In this document: positions 54,437 through 63,845 of the stretch, piece by piece
Layout of the letters: each line of letters starts with the position of its first letter
Position numbering within the stretch: the stretch's first letter is position 1
Source: Anaerolineae bacterium
GTDB taxonomy: Bacteria; Chloroflexota; Anaerolineae; Anaerolineales; UBA4823
NCBI GenBank assembly: GCA_041479245.1
Contig: JBGOXS010000005.1
Coordinates: 1,932 to 65,931, forward strand
Direction: 5' to 3'
Length of the DNA: 64,000 nt
Notes under the pieces: model-generated
Databases searched by the model: none
What the model saw: only the letters and a program-made list of their open reading frames with translations
Told to the model about the DNA's origin: nothing
Program-made: the position numbers and the translations under genes

Positions 54437-55246
54437 ATGAATCTACGCGCCGACCAGGAACTCCAGACTGTTTTATCCGAGCTTCAATCCGCTGAAGCTG
54501 AGCTCGAAGCGCTGAGAGGGCAGCTGCGCTCGTTTGAAGATACAGTGGATCGCCGCCTGGGTAGCCTTTTGGATGAGCTAAGTGATCTGAATGCTGAAAC
54601 CGGCGAACTGGACGGGAAGCTCAGGCATATCCGTGAAGTACGCCTATTTGGCTCTGACCTGATGCAATACCTGGATGGCGCTCCCCAGCCAAGCCGCTCA
54701 TTCAGCCTGGCCGACCTGCCTCCCACTGAGCTGCCCAATCATAAAGGAATCGCGGCAAAAACTGACCGCTCGGTTAGATCATCTGAGAGACAAATGCCAG
54801 ATATCAAGGCGCTTTACCGTAGACTTGCCCGGCGCTATCACCCCGACCTGGCGCGCAATGATGCCGACCGTGCCCAGTCGAATGACCAGATGAAGGAGAT
54901 CAACCAGGCTTACGCGGCCGGGGATATACGAACCTTGATGCGGTTGGCAGGCATGAGCATACCGTATGGGGTAGATTTTGATCAGCCGCCGAAAAAACCT
55001 CTATCTATCCCCAGCCAACCATTGACCGAGATGGACACAGCACTACGGAAGCTGGGAGAGCTGCGCCAGCAGATCAACCGTCTAAGCAGTCTGCCGATTG
55101 TCAAGCTTAGCCTGGACGTCAAGCTGGCACGCTACCAAGGCCGTGACCTGTTGCGTGAGATGGAAGCTGAATTGCAGTATAAGGTTGCCCGCAAGCTCGC
55201 CGAACGAGATTACCTGCGTTCGCAGATTGCAGCCAACGAGGGATGA
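54437..55246 (+). CDS. J-domain protein with N-terminal coiled coil
   Basis: LYRRLARRYHPDLARND...INQAY contains the HPD motif. Confidence 0.7.
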   Translation: MNLRADQELQTVLSELQSAEAELEALRGQLRSFEDTVDRRLGSLLDELSDLNAETGELDGKLRHIREVRLFGSDLMQYLDGAPQPSRSFSLADLPPTELPNHKGIAAKTDRSVRSSERQMPDIKALYRRLARRYHPDLARNDADRAQSNDQMKEINQAYAAGDIRTLMRLAGMSIPYGVDFDQPPKKPLSIPSQPLTEMDTALRKLGELRQQINRLSSLPIVKLSLDVKLARYQGRDLLREMEAELQYKVARKLAERDYLRSQIAANEG

Positions 55247-55272
55247 ATTGCAGCCGCCAGTGCTGGTGGATC

Positions 55273-55734
55273 TTATTTATTTGACTTGGAAATTAAGGGT
55301 AAGTAGCTCTTCAGGATTGGTTGGACTAAAAAATCGCATGTTTTCATTTCATAACCATAATAGTGCCGCCAAAAACAATTTTCAGGTTGGAATTGCAGCC
55401 CAGTACGCTGAGCCCATACGGTGACCATCTCATCTCCCGGGATGGTGTAGAATTTCGTCTCGTAATTACCTTGAGAATCAGTCACAGCAACCAACTCCCC
55501 TGCGATACCGGCATACTCAGCATAAATTGCCACATTTTCCACACCTTTTTCACTCGAGTTCCTCACTGACCCGTGGATCACTATTCCAGGAGCAGTCTCT
55601 GTGACTGCCGTGTTTTGAACTGCATTATTGCTAGTCCGGAGTTCGTTAATCGAACGTACTACCAGGATTGCGAGCACGACGAGCAGATCGGCACATATGA
55701 TCGCAATGAACATCTTCTGCCCTTGTGATTTCAT
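55273..55734 (-). CDS. Membrane-anchored carboxypeptidase-regulatory-like (Ig-like) domain protein
   Basis: N-terminal TM helix, then IHGSVRNSSEKGVENVAIYA...VTDSQGNYE. Confidence 0.5.
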   Translation of the reverse strand: MKSQGQKMFIAIICADLLVVLAILVVRSINELRTSNNAVQNTAVTETAPGIVIHGSVRNSSEKGVENVAIYAEYAGIAGELVAVTDSQGNYETKFYTIPGDEMVTVWAQRTGLQFQPENCFWRHYYGYEMKTCDFLVQPILKSYLPLISKSNK

Positions 55735-56057
55735 CCAGGTCTCCTGCAGCTGAACAGCAGCTCTCCATGCGCTGAATATTGCTTGCCCAGCCTGCATGAA
55801 GTATATGTCTACGCCAGCAAACCGAGCTACCTCCAGCCATTATAACTAATGATCAAAAATTCAGACCACTGATTGACAATATGATTATACATCCGCCAAT
55901 CAGGTTTCACTCACTTGAGGATTGGATACTATTTAAATGCCGATTAATTCAATTTGACATCCACTGGAACTACGATTAAAGCGACTTCCTCCTAACAAAC
56001 CTGTCAGGTATCATACCGCAGACTGCCTCACCAGTTATATTGCGGTAAAATTAATTG

Positions 56058-56765
56058 ATGTTATTTTCTCTGGTCTTGTTTCTCCTGCGAGCGATCCTGC
56101 GCATTATCGCTCGCGTTACTGTATATGGCACCGAAAATATGCCTCCATCAGGCACGGTGTATATCGCCGTCGCCAACCACATCGGGCGGCTCGACCCGGC
56201 CTTCGTCTATTACCTGCTCAACCGCAAGGACATCATCATGTTGGTTGCCGAGAAATATTATGAACACGCCTGGTCGCGTCTGATAGCTCAGGCCGTTAAC
56301 GGCATCTTCGTTGATCGCTACAACGCTGACTTGAGCGCCATGCGTGAGGTGTTACGGCGGATAAAACAGGGTGGGATCGCCGTTATCGCTCCTGAAGGCA
56401 CCCGCAGCCCCGGTGCATCTTTAATTCAGGGTTGGGATGGCGCGAGCTACATTGCTGCTAAAGCCGGCTTACCCATCCTGCCGGTGGGAATTGCCGGCAG
56501 TGGAGATAACGAGGTAGTGGAACGCCTGAAACACTTCAGACGTCTGCAGGTAACCGTCGGAGTTGGTCAGACCTTCACCTTGCCACCGTTTGACAATAAG
56601 AACCGTGACGAGCAGCTGGCAGCGTACACGGAAGAGATCATGTGCCGTATCGCGGCCGAGCTGCCGGCCGGGTACCGGGGCATCTATGCTGACCATGCGC
56701 GCTTAAATGAGCTGCTGGCATCAAAGCCAGCCCAGGTGCTTCAACCACCGGTCGTGCTCGGATGA
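56058..56765 (+). CDS. 1-acyl-sn-glycerol-3-phosphate acyltransferase family (PlsC-like)
   Basis: HX4D motif NHIGRLD and PEGTRS. Confidence 0.75.
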   Translation: MLFSLVLFLLRAILRIIARVTVYGTENMPPSGTVYIAVANHIGRLDPAFVYYLLNRKDIIMLVAEKYYEHAWSRLIAQAVNGIFVDRYNADLSAMREVLRRIKQGGIAVIAPEGTRSPGASLIQGWDGASYIAAKAGLPILPVGIAGSGDNEVVERLKHFRRLQVTVGVGQTFTLPPFDNKNRDEQLAAYTEEIMCRIAAELPAGYRGIYADHARLNELLASKPAQVLQPPVVLG

Positions 56766-56790
56766 GCGCTCTGATTAGGACATACTCCCA

Positions 56791-57360
56791 ATGAATACCA
56801 ACCGCCGACTGAATGCCATACAGGAAGCTCGTCTGCTGGTCGAATCCAAACCGGTCTACCTCGATACCGAGACTACCGGGCTACACCAATCCGCCGAGGT
56901 GATCGAGGTCGGGATTATCGACGACCATGGAGAGATACTTTTTGAACAGCGTATCCGCCCGCGCGGCAAGATCGATCCTGCTGCAGCGCGTTTACACGGC
57001 ATCACCCTTGAGATGCTGGTGGATTCTCCCACCTGGGAACAGGTCTGGCCCAAAGCAGAAGCAGTACTATTGGATAAGAGGGTCGGGGTGTATAATGTTG
57101 AGTTCGATCTGCGTCTAATCAAGCAATCGAACCAACGTACCTGGATGAAATCGAATCTGATCGAGAGTAATTTCTTCGATATTATGAAGGTGTATGCGCA
57201 TTATTTTGGAGATTGGAACCCTTACCGTCAATCATTCCGCTACCAGTCATTGGAAATGGCTGGCAGGCAGTGTGGCATCCACCTTCCTAATTCACATGGA
57301 GCAATCGATGACTGCTTGCTTACGCGTGCATTACTGCATTACATGGCAGAAAGTGTATGA
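56791..57360 (+). CDS. DEDDh 3'-5' exonuclease (DnaQ-like)
   Basis: ExoI YLDTETTG, ExoII YNVEFD, ExoIII HGAIDD. Confidence 0.8.
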   Translation: MNTNRRLNAIQEARLLVESKPVYLDTETTGLHQSAEVIEVGIIDDHGEILFEQRIRPRGKIDPAAARLHGITLEMLVDSPTWEQVWPKAEAVLLDKRVGVYNVEFDLRLIKQSNQRTWMKSNLIESNFFDIMKVYAHYFGDWNPYRQSFRYQSLEMAGRQCGIHLPNSHGAIDDCLLTRALLHYMAESV

Positions 57361-57426
57361 GTTTAAATTTCTAACAGGTTAATGAATGGACCATTTCAGA
57401 GAATTGCTAAACGCTGATGGCTAATT

Positions 57427-58002
57427 ATGACCTTACTCGAAACCCAACTTGAAGCCCGAAACCTGCTCCAGCAGAGTCCCCTGTTCTTGCACAGCAAGAC
57501 TACAGGTGCCATGGAGCTCTCCGAGGTCGTGGAAATTGCCATCCTGGATAGCTCCGGAAAACCCCTGGTGGACGATCTGGTTAAACCGAAGCGTCACATT
57601 CGACCAAATGCTACGGAGGAACACGGCGTCACCGACGACATGGTGGATACAGCCCCCAGGTGGGCGGAGATCCTCCCCAGGGTTGAGGAAGTGCTGGTCG
57701 GGAAGAAAGTCTGCGTATATGATCATGAGAGCGAGCTGCAAGCGTTATATAATTCTTATAATAATATCAATCAGCGCTGGGTTTTCGACCCCAATGATTT
57801 CTACAGCCTGATGGATTTGGTTTCGCGTTACAAGAACGAACGCGATCCACGCACGGGGGCGTTCCTGACCTACTCTCTCGAAGAGGCAGCCCGCATGGTA
57901 GGTATTGATATTGAGATCATCGCTTTTAGGCGTGCGCGTGAGGATGCCTGGCTGATGCGTGCGATTTTATTGGCTATTGCAGGCTGGAAGGTTTATTATT
58001 AA
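57427..58002 (+). CDS. Exonuclease-like paralog with degenerate catalytic motifs
   Basis: Aligns along its length with 56791..57360, but ExoI is FLHSKTTG, ExoII is YDHESE and ExoIII is RRARED. Confidence 0.65.
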   Translation: MTLLETQLEARNLLQQSPLFLHSKTTGAMELSEVVEIAILDSSGKPLVDDLVKPKRHIRPNATEEHGVTDDMVDTAPRWAEILPRVEEVLVGKKVCVYDHESELQALYNSYNNINQRWVFDPNDFYSLMDLVSRYKNERDPRTGAFLTYSLEEAARMVGIDIEIIAFRRAREDAWLMRAILLAIAGWKVYY

Positions 58003-60296
58003 TGCAACGAGAAACAAAGGAAGTGAAATATTCCGTCCAGGGGATGGACTGCGCAGATTGCGCTCTGAGCCTTGAGCGCAGCCTGGCGCAGATCAAGGGG
58101 GTCGAGCAGGTAAACGTCAACTTTACCACCGGTTTCCTGGAAGCGAACGGCAGTTTTGAACCGCAAGAATTGATTAAGCGAGTGGAATCACTCGGTTATA
58201 AGATCGCGGATCCGGGGCAATCAGCAGAAATGGGATCCGCGAGTAACGTTTCTCAGGCTAAATCTATAATCAAGCTTCCCGGATTCCTGGGATATCTTTA
58301 TGCCTCAACGCAGACCCGCCTGGCGCTTTTAGGCGCTGTCCTGCTATTGCTATCGGTCCCGTTAGCATTTCTTCAGGGCTCGATTTCGATCCAATGGTCC
58401 AAGATGGGTTTGCAAATTGCCGCCGCCGTACTGGCAGGCTACCCGATCGCCAATCGCGGGGTGAGAGCGCTTGTAATCGGCAGGCAAATCACGATTGACC
58501 TACTAATGAGCATCGCCACCCTGGGCGCCCTGCTGATCGGTCAGATGGCAGAGGCGTGCACCGTGATTTTACTGTTCGCCATCGGTGAAGCCCTCGAAGG
58601 TTACACAGCAGAGAAGGCACGTAATTCCCTTCAGAGCCTGTTGGCGCTCAAACCCGAGCAGGCACACGTAATGCGCGCTTGCATCGACTGCACCGAGCAC
58701 ATGGGTTTGAATGGTTACACCGGCGGTCCCTGCCCGGTGTGTGGCGAGCACGAGCTTACCGTCTCTGTAGATGAAGTCCTGGTTGGCGAGACGGTGATCG
58801 TACGCCCGGGAGAACGCATCCCTGTGGATGGTCACGTCGCCAGCGGCATTTCGTCGGTAAACCAGGCGCCTGTCACGGGTGAATCTATCCCGGTCCACAA
58901 GGCACCCGGTGACAAGATTTATGCAGGAACTTTAAATGGCAATACTGCCCTTGAAGTCACCGTCTCCCAGCTGTCTACCGATTCGACCATCAGTCGCATT
59001 GTACGCCTTGTGGAGCAAGCTCAAGCCCAGCGAGCCCCCGTCGAGCGTTCCATTGACCGCTTTGCAGCCTGGTATACCCCAGCAATCGTCTTAATGGCGG
59101 TATTCGTGGCGATCATCCCACCCCTGCTGTTCAATGCCCCCTTCCTGGATACCAGTGGGGTCCATGGGTGGGCGTACCGAGCTCTAACGCTGCTCATCGT
59201 CGCCTGCCCGTGCGCCCTTGTCATCAGCACACCCGTCACCATGGTCAGCTCTTTGACCGCCCTGGCGAGCCGGGGTGTGCTGGTAAAAGGTGGCGCTTAC
59301 CTGGATGTGCTCGCGCGCGCCCGCCTGATTGCGTTTGACAAGACCGGCACACTCACCCTTGGTCACCCGACCGTAACGCAAGCCAGGTCAGTGGACTGCG
59401 TACCCAATGCCTGGCGCTGCCCGGCCTGCGATGATATGCTGGCATTAGCTGCCACAGTAGAGCGTCGTTCTGAGCATCCACTAGCTCAGGCGATCATGGC
59501 AGAAGTCGAAGCCCGCCAGCTCACTCATTCTTACCCGGCTGCAGAAAGCGTCCAATCACTCGCAGGTCAGGGTGTACAAGGCTACTCGAACGGCAGCAGC
59601 ATCCTGGTGGGCAGCCACGACCTGTTCCATGCGCGTGATGACCGGCTGGACCAGCAGCTGCACGCTAATATTCAATCCGCCGTAGATGAAGGACAGACTG
59701 TGATGTTAGTGGGGAAGGATGACAGCCTGTTGGGCTATGTAACCGTAGCCGATGCACCTCGCCCGACCAGCACTGAAGCTTTGAGACAGATAAAGGCTAT
59801 CGATCCATCCATACGTACAGTGATGTTGACCGGGGATAACCCGTTTGTAGCTGGTAAAGTGGCACTCGCTTTGGGAAACCTGGATGAGTTGCGGGCTGGT
59901 CTTCTGCCGGAGGACAAGCTGGATGCAATTCGTGATCTGCAATCGCAGCATGGATTGGTGCTCATGGTTGGTGATGGAGTGAATGATGCCCCAGCGCTAG
60001 CGGCTGCCGATGCCGGCATAGCAATGGGAGGGGTAGGTTCTGCCCAGGCGATGGAAACCGCCCACGTGGTTCTTATGCAGGATGACCTGACCCACCTGCC
60101 TGGCACAATCCGAACTGCACGCCTGACCCAGAAGATCATTTCTCAGAACATCGCCTTCAGCCTGGCGATTAAAGCAGCTTTCTTATTGCTGACCTTGCCT
60201 GGTTTGGCGACGCTCTGGATGGCAGTCTTTGCCGATATGGGCGCGTCTATACTGGTGACGCTGAACGGGATGCGGATGCTGCGCTCAAAAAACTGA
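58002..60296 (+). CDS. Heavy-metal translocating P1B-type ATPase (Zn/Cd/Co/Pb class)
   Basis: HMA domain GMDCADCA, CPC motif, DKTGTLT, GDGVNDAP. Start overlaps the preceding stop (TAATG). Confidence 0.9.
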   Translation: MQRETKEVKYSVQGMDCADCALSLERSLAQIKGVEQVNVNFTTGFLEANGSFEPQELIKRVESLGYKIADPGQSAEMGSASNVSQAKSIIKLPGFLGYLYASTQTRLALLGAVLLLLSVPLAFLQGSISIQWSKMGLQIAAAVLAGYPIANRGVRALVIGRQITIDLLMSIATLGALLIGQMAEACTVILLFAIGEALEGYTAEKARNSLQSLLALKPEQAHVMRACIDCTEHMGLNGYTGGPCPVCGEHELTVSVDEVLVGETVIVRPGERIPVDGHVASGISSVNQAPVTGESIPVHKAPGDKIYAGTLNGNTALEVTVSQLSTDSTISRIVRLVEQAQAQRAPVERSIDRFAAWYTPAIVLMAVFVAIIPPLLFNAPFLDTSGVHGWAYRALTLLIVACPCALVISTPVTMVSSLTALASRGVLVKGGAYLDVLARARLIAFDKTGTLTLGHPTVTQARSVDCVPNAWRCPACDDMLALAATVERRSEHPLAQAIMAEVEARQLTHSYPAAESVQSLAGQGVQGYSNGSSILVGSHDLFHARDDRLDQQLHANIQSAVDEGQTVMLVGKDDSLLGYVTVADAPRPTSTEALRQIKAIDPSIRTVMLTGDNPFVAGKVALALGNLDELRAGLLPEDKLDAIRDLQSQHGLVLMVGDGVNDAPALAAADAGIAMGGVGSAQAMETAHVVLMQDDLTHLPGTIRTARLTQKIISQNIAFSLAIKAAFLLLTLPGLATLWMAVFADMGASILVTLNGMRMLRSKN

Positions 60297-60299
60297 GTC

Positions 60300-60503
60300 T
60301 TATCCGAGAGGTTCTTCCGGTACTACAAAAAACATCACCAGATAGATAAGGATGAAAGAACCAAACCCAAGCAGGGCTCCGACAACGAAAACTAAACGTA
60401 CGATGGTTGGATCGATGGCGAAGAATTCGGCAACCCCGCCACATACACCAAAGATCATCCGGTTGGTACGGCTGCGGTAAAGTTTTTTATTTTCAGGATT
60501 CAT
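60300..60503 (-). CDS. PspC domain membrane protein
   Basis: LYRSRTNRMIFGVCGGVAEFF followed by a TM helix. Confidence 0.75.
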   Translation of the reverse strand: MNPENKKLYRSRTNRMIFGVCGGVAEFFAIDPTIVRLVFVVGALLGFGSFILIYLVMFFVVPEEPLG

Positions 60504-60562
60504 ATTTTTCTCCTTGAGCGTACATATCTATTAACTCCCATCGCCTCGAAAGGTTGCGCAAT

Positions 60563-61525
60563 ATGGTTGAGAATCCTATTCCCGAGCTATCACGTTCTCG
60601 TTTTCAGGGCTGCCTGCTAGGTCTGGCAGCCGGAGATGCGCTTGGCACCACCCTGGAGTTCATGCGACCGGGTAGTTTTTCACCAATCAATGACATCATC
60701 GGCGGTGGACCGTTCGATCTCGCTCCCGGCGAATGGACTGACGACACATCCATGGCGCTGTGCCTGGCTAAAAGCCTGATCGAGAAAACCGGGTTCGACC
60801 CGATCGACCAGCTCGAGCGCTACCTGCTCTGGTATCGAACTGGATACCTTTCATCCAATGGCCGCTGCTTTGATATCGGTATCACCACCAGCGGTGCACT
60901 GCATCGCTTCGAGCGTACGCGCGAACCATTTCCTGGTCCGGATGCACCCCATACAGCCGGGAGCGGTTCTTTGGTGCGCCTTGCCCCAGTGCCCATGGTT
61001 TACACCCGTCACCAAGTGCAGGCCCTCGATTATAGCGCCGATTCTTCACGAACCACCCATGCAGCTCCGCAAGCCATTGATGCCTGCCGCTATTATGGCG
61101 CTCTGGTGCTGGGAGCATTACTGGGTCAGTCGAAGGATTTACTTTTGTCTCCCCCCAAGACCTGGAAATTATTAGACCCGGTTGCAATTGAGGGGCTTAG
61201 CGGGCTCGATCCAACCATCGTCGAAGTGGTCAATGGATCATACAAGGAGAAACAGCCGCCTTATATCCAGGGTAGCGGGTATGTGGTGCGGGGTATGGAA
61301 GCCGCCCTATGGGCGTTCCATCAGTCCAATGACTTCCGTGAAGGAGCCCTGCTGGCGGCTAACCTGGGCGATGATGCTGATACCACTACCGCCATTTATG
61401 GTCAATTGGCGGGGGCGTATTACGGGATTGAGGGCATCCCGGCTGAATGGCGCACTAGGATCGTGCAGGCAGATCTAATTCTCAGTTTTGCGGATAAACT
61501 CTTCGAGCTGGCGAATACGTTATAA
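60563..61525 (+). CDS. ADP-ribosylglycohydrolase family protein
   Basis: GLAAGDALG, EWTDDTSM, GDDADTTTAIYGQLAG. Confidence 0.8.
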   Translation: MVENPIPELSRSRFQGCLLGLAAGDALGTTLEFMRPGSFSPINDIIGGGPFDLAPGEWTDDTSMALCLAKSLIEKTGFDPIDQLERYLLWYRTGYLSSNGRCFDIGITTSGALHRFERTREPFPGPDAPHTAGSGSLVRLAPVPMVYTRHQVQALDYSADSSRTTHAAPQAIDACRYYGALVLGALLGQSKDLLLSPPKTWKLLDPVAIEGLSGLDPTIVEVVNGSYKEKQPPYIQGSGYVVRGMEAALWAFHQSNDFREGALLAANLGDDADTTTAIYGQLAGAYYGIEGIPAEWRTRIVQADLILSFADKLFELANTL

Positions 61526-61579
61526 GTCAGCTTGTGGCTCGCTTCGATACCCAATGCTAATTATTTGCTAGTATTATTG

Positions 61580-61752
61580 TACCGGGCGGGTCGTGCCCAT
61601 TCTTGAAAGACTTCTTCGCAATGCATTAATTTACATCGCAATTTCCGACCTTTATTGCAAGACCCGCCCCTACCCAAGGACCGCCTTTTAGGTACGTTTT
61701 CGCTCTTATTTATTGGGCGGGTCACGCGCCTACGCAACGATCCACCCCTGCA
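61580..61752. repeat. Cluster of three GGGCGGGTC-core repeats in alternating orientation
   Basis: gggcgggtc at 61584-92 (+), gacccgccc at 61661-69 (-), gggcgggtc at 61715-23 (+). Copies 1 and 2 can pair over 9 bp. A cttcgcaatg motif lies between them. Confidence 0.6.
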
Positions 61753-61860
61753 CACGACCAAACCTTCCGTGTCAATTCCATGGCAGGAACCACATCCAAT
61801 TTGGAGGATGTAACGTAGAATATACTAACTCATCTAGGTTTAATGGGGATATGAAAAAAA

Positions 61861-62832
61861 ATGAAAGCGATTTTGTTAACCAATTATGGATCCCCGGATG
61901 TTCTTCAGCTCAGAGAGGTGGAAAAACCAAATCCCGCCGAGGATCAAGTACTGGTAAAAGTGGTCGCCGCATCGATTAATATCGCCGATTGGCATACCAT
62001 GCATGGAGGCCCGGTGCGTGTGATGGGCCAGGGGTTCAGTAAACCAAAAGATCCAAGATTTGGCTCCGATATCGCCGGGCGGGTAGAATCGGTTGGCAGC
62101 AAAGTTACCCAATTTAAGCCAGGAGACGAGGTGTTTGGTACGTGCACGGGAGCTTTTGCCGAGTATGCAGTAGCGCGCGAGGCCAGGTTGGCGATGAAAC
62201 CAGCCAATAGCACTTTCGAAGAAGCTGCCGCCGTGCCTGTGGCAGCCATCACCGCTCTGCAGGGTCTGCGTGACAACGGACACGTCCAGCCTGGGCAGAA
62301 GGTGTTGATTGACGGTGCCTCCGGAGGTGTCGGTACATTTGCCGTTCAGATTGCTAAATCATACACGACCGAAGTCACTGCCGTAGCCGGTATTGGGAAA
62401 CTGGACACCCTTCGCTCGATCGGTGCAGATCACGTCATTGATTACACGCAAGAAGATTTCACAAACAATGGGCAGCGATATGATTTGATCCTGGGGGTTA
62501 ATGGATATCATCCAATTCAAGACTACCGGCGCTCATTATGCCCCAAGGGAATGTATGTCATGGTTGGGATTGCACCCCACCATATGGTTCAAGGGCTGGC
62601 TCAGACGATGGTCCTAGGCCCATTCCTTTCAAAGGAGGGGGGACAGAAATTTAGTTTCATGGGGATTGCCAAAATCAACCAGGGGGATTTGGCTGCTTTA
62701 CAACAGCTTCTCCAGGCAAGGAAAATTGTACCGGTGATCGATAGAAGGTACCCACTAAGTGAGACTGCGGTGGCCATGCGCTATATTGGTCAAGGACACG
62801 CAGGTGGAAAAATAATCATAAACATGGATTAG
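61861..62832 (+). CDS. Zinc-type/MDR family NAD(P)-dependent oxidoreductase (quinone oxidoreductase-like)
   Basis: GQKVLIDGASGGVGTFAVQIAK Rossmann motif. MDR N-terminus. Confidence 0.8.
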   Translation: MKAILLTNYGSPDVLQLREVEKPNPAEDQVLVKVVAASINIADWHTMHGGPVRVMGQGFSKPKDPRFGSDIAGRVESVGSKVTQFKPGDEVFGTCTGAFAEYAVAREARLAMKPANSTFEEAAAVPVAAITALQGLRDNGHVQPGQKVLIDGASGGVGTFAVQIAKSYTTEVTAVAGIGKLDTLRSIGADHVIDYTQEDFTNNGQRYDLILGVNGYHPIQDYRRSLCPKGMYVMVGIAPHHMVQGLAQTMVLGPFLSKEGGQKFSFMGIAKINQGDLAALQQLLQARKIVPVIDRRYPLSETAVAMRYIGQGHAGGKIIINMD

Positions 62833-62867
62833 ATCAACCAAACCAAAAAAGCACAGCAGGCAGGCTT

Positions 62868-63845
62868 ATGAAAGCGATGATATGGACTAAATATGGTCCA
62901 CCAGACGTTCTTCAGCTCAGGGAGGTGGAAAAACCCATCCCCAAGGACAATGAAATCCTGGTGAAAATAACTGCGACAACAGTAATGATCGGGGACTGCG
63001 AGCTTAGGGCACTTAAAATCCCTATTTTGTATCAGATCCCTTTGCGAATTATTTTGGGGATCACGAAACCAAAAAGGGTTACGATTTTAGGGCAAGAATT
63101 ATCCGGTGATGTTGAAGCTGTTGGTAAAAAAGTCACTCGATTCAAGATCGACGACCCGATATTTGCCCCCACCTTGTTGTATTTAAGTACTTATGCAGAG
63201 TACACATGCCTACCTGAACAATATGCGGTGTATAAACCCGCAAGTATCTCCTATGAGGAAGCCACCACAATTCCTACCGGTGGAATTTACGGATTACATT
63301 TGGTTCGAGAGGCAAATCTTCGACCTGGACAAAAAGTTTTGATCTGTGGTGCCGGCGGAACGATTGGCACATATGCGCTACAGATCGCTAAGTCATTTGG
63401 GGTAGACGTGACCTGCGTAGACAGCGCAGCTAAATTAGACCTGCTGCGCTCAATCGGCGCTGATCACGTCATCGATTACACGAAGGAGAATTTCACCCGC
63501 AGCGGACAGAAATACGATGCCATTATCGATGTGGTGGGCAAGAGCTCGTACTCAGGGAGTATCAGATGCCTGAAGCCGAGTGGCCATTATGTTTTGGGGA
63601 ATCCGGGTATATCGGGGATGCTAAGAGGGCGGTGGACTTCGAAGACTACAGACAAGAGAGTGCTATTTGAGACAGCAGGGCAAAGTGCGGAAGCGTATGC
63701 CTTCCTTATACAATTGATTGAGGCTGGGAAGGTGAAACCAATTATCGATCGCTGCTACCCGCTGGAACAAATAGCCGAAGCCCATCGCTACGTGGATACG
63801 GGGCAGAAGAAGGGGAATGTCGTCATAACTGTGCGTCAAGCTTAA
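62868..63845 (+). CDS. MDR family NAD(P)-dependent oxidoreductase, tandem paralog
   Basis: GQKVLICGAGGTIGTYALQIAK. Shares PDVLQLREVEKP and LRSIGADHVIDYT with the upstream gene. Confidence 0.8.
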   Translation: MKAMIWTKYGPPDVLQLREVEKPIPKDNEILVKITATTVMIGDCELRALKIPILYQIPLRIILGITKPKRVTILGQELSGDVEAVGKKVTRFKIDDPIFAPTLLYLSTYAEYTCLPEQYAVYKPASISYEEATTIPTGGIYGLHLVREANLRPGQKVLICGAGGTIGTYALQIAKSFGVDVTCVDSAAKLDLLRSIGADHVIDYTKENFTRSGQKYDAIIDVVGKSSYSGSIRCLKPSGHYVLGNPGISGMLRGRWTSKTTDKRVLFETAGQSAEAYAFLIQLIEAGKVKPIIDRCYPLEQIAEAHRYVDTGQKKGNVVITVRQA

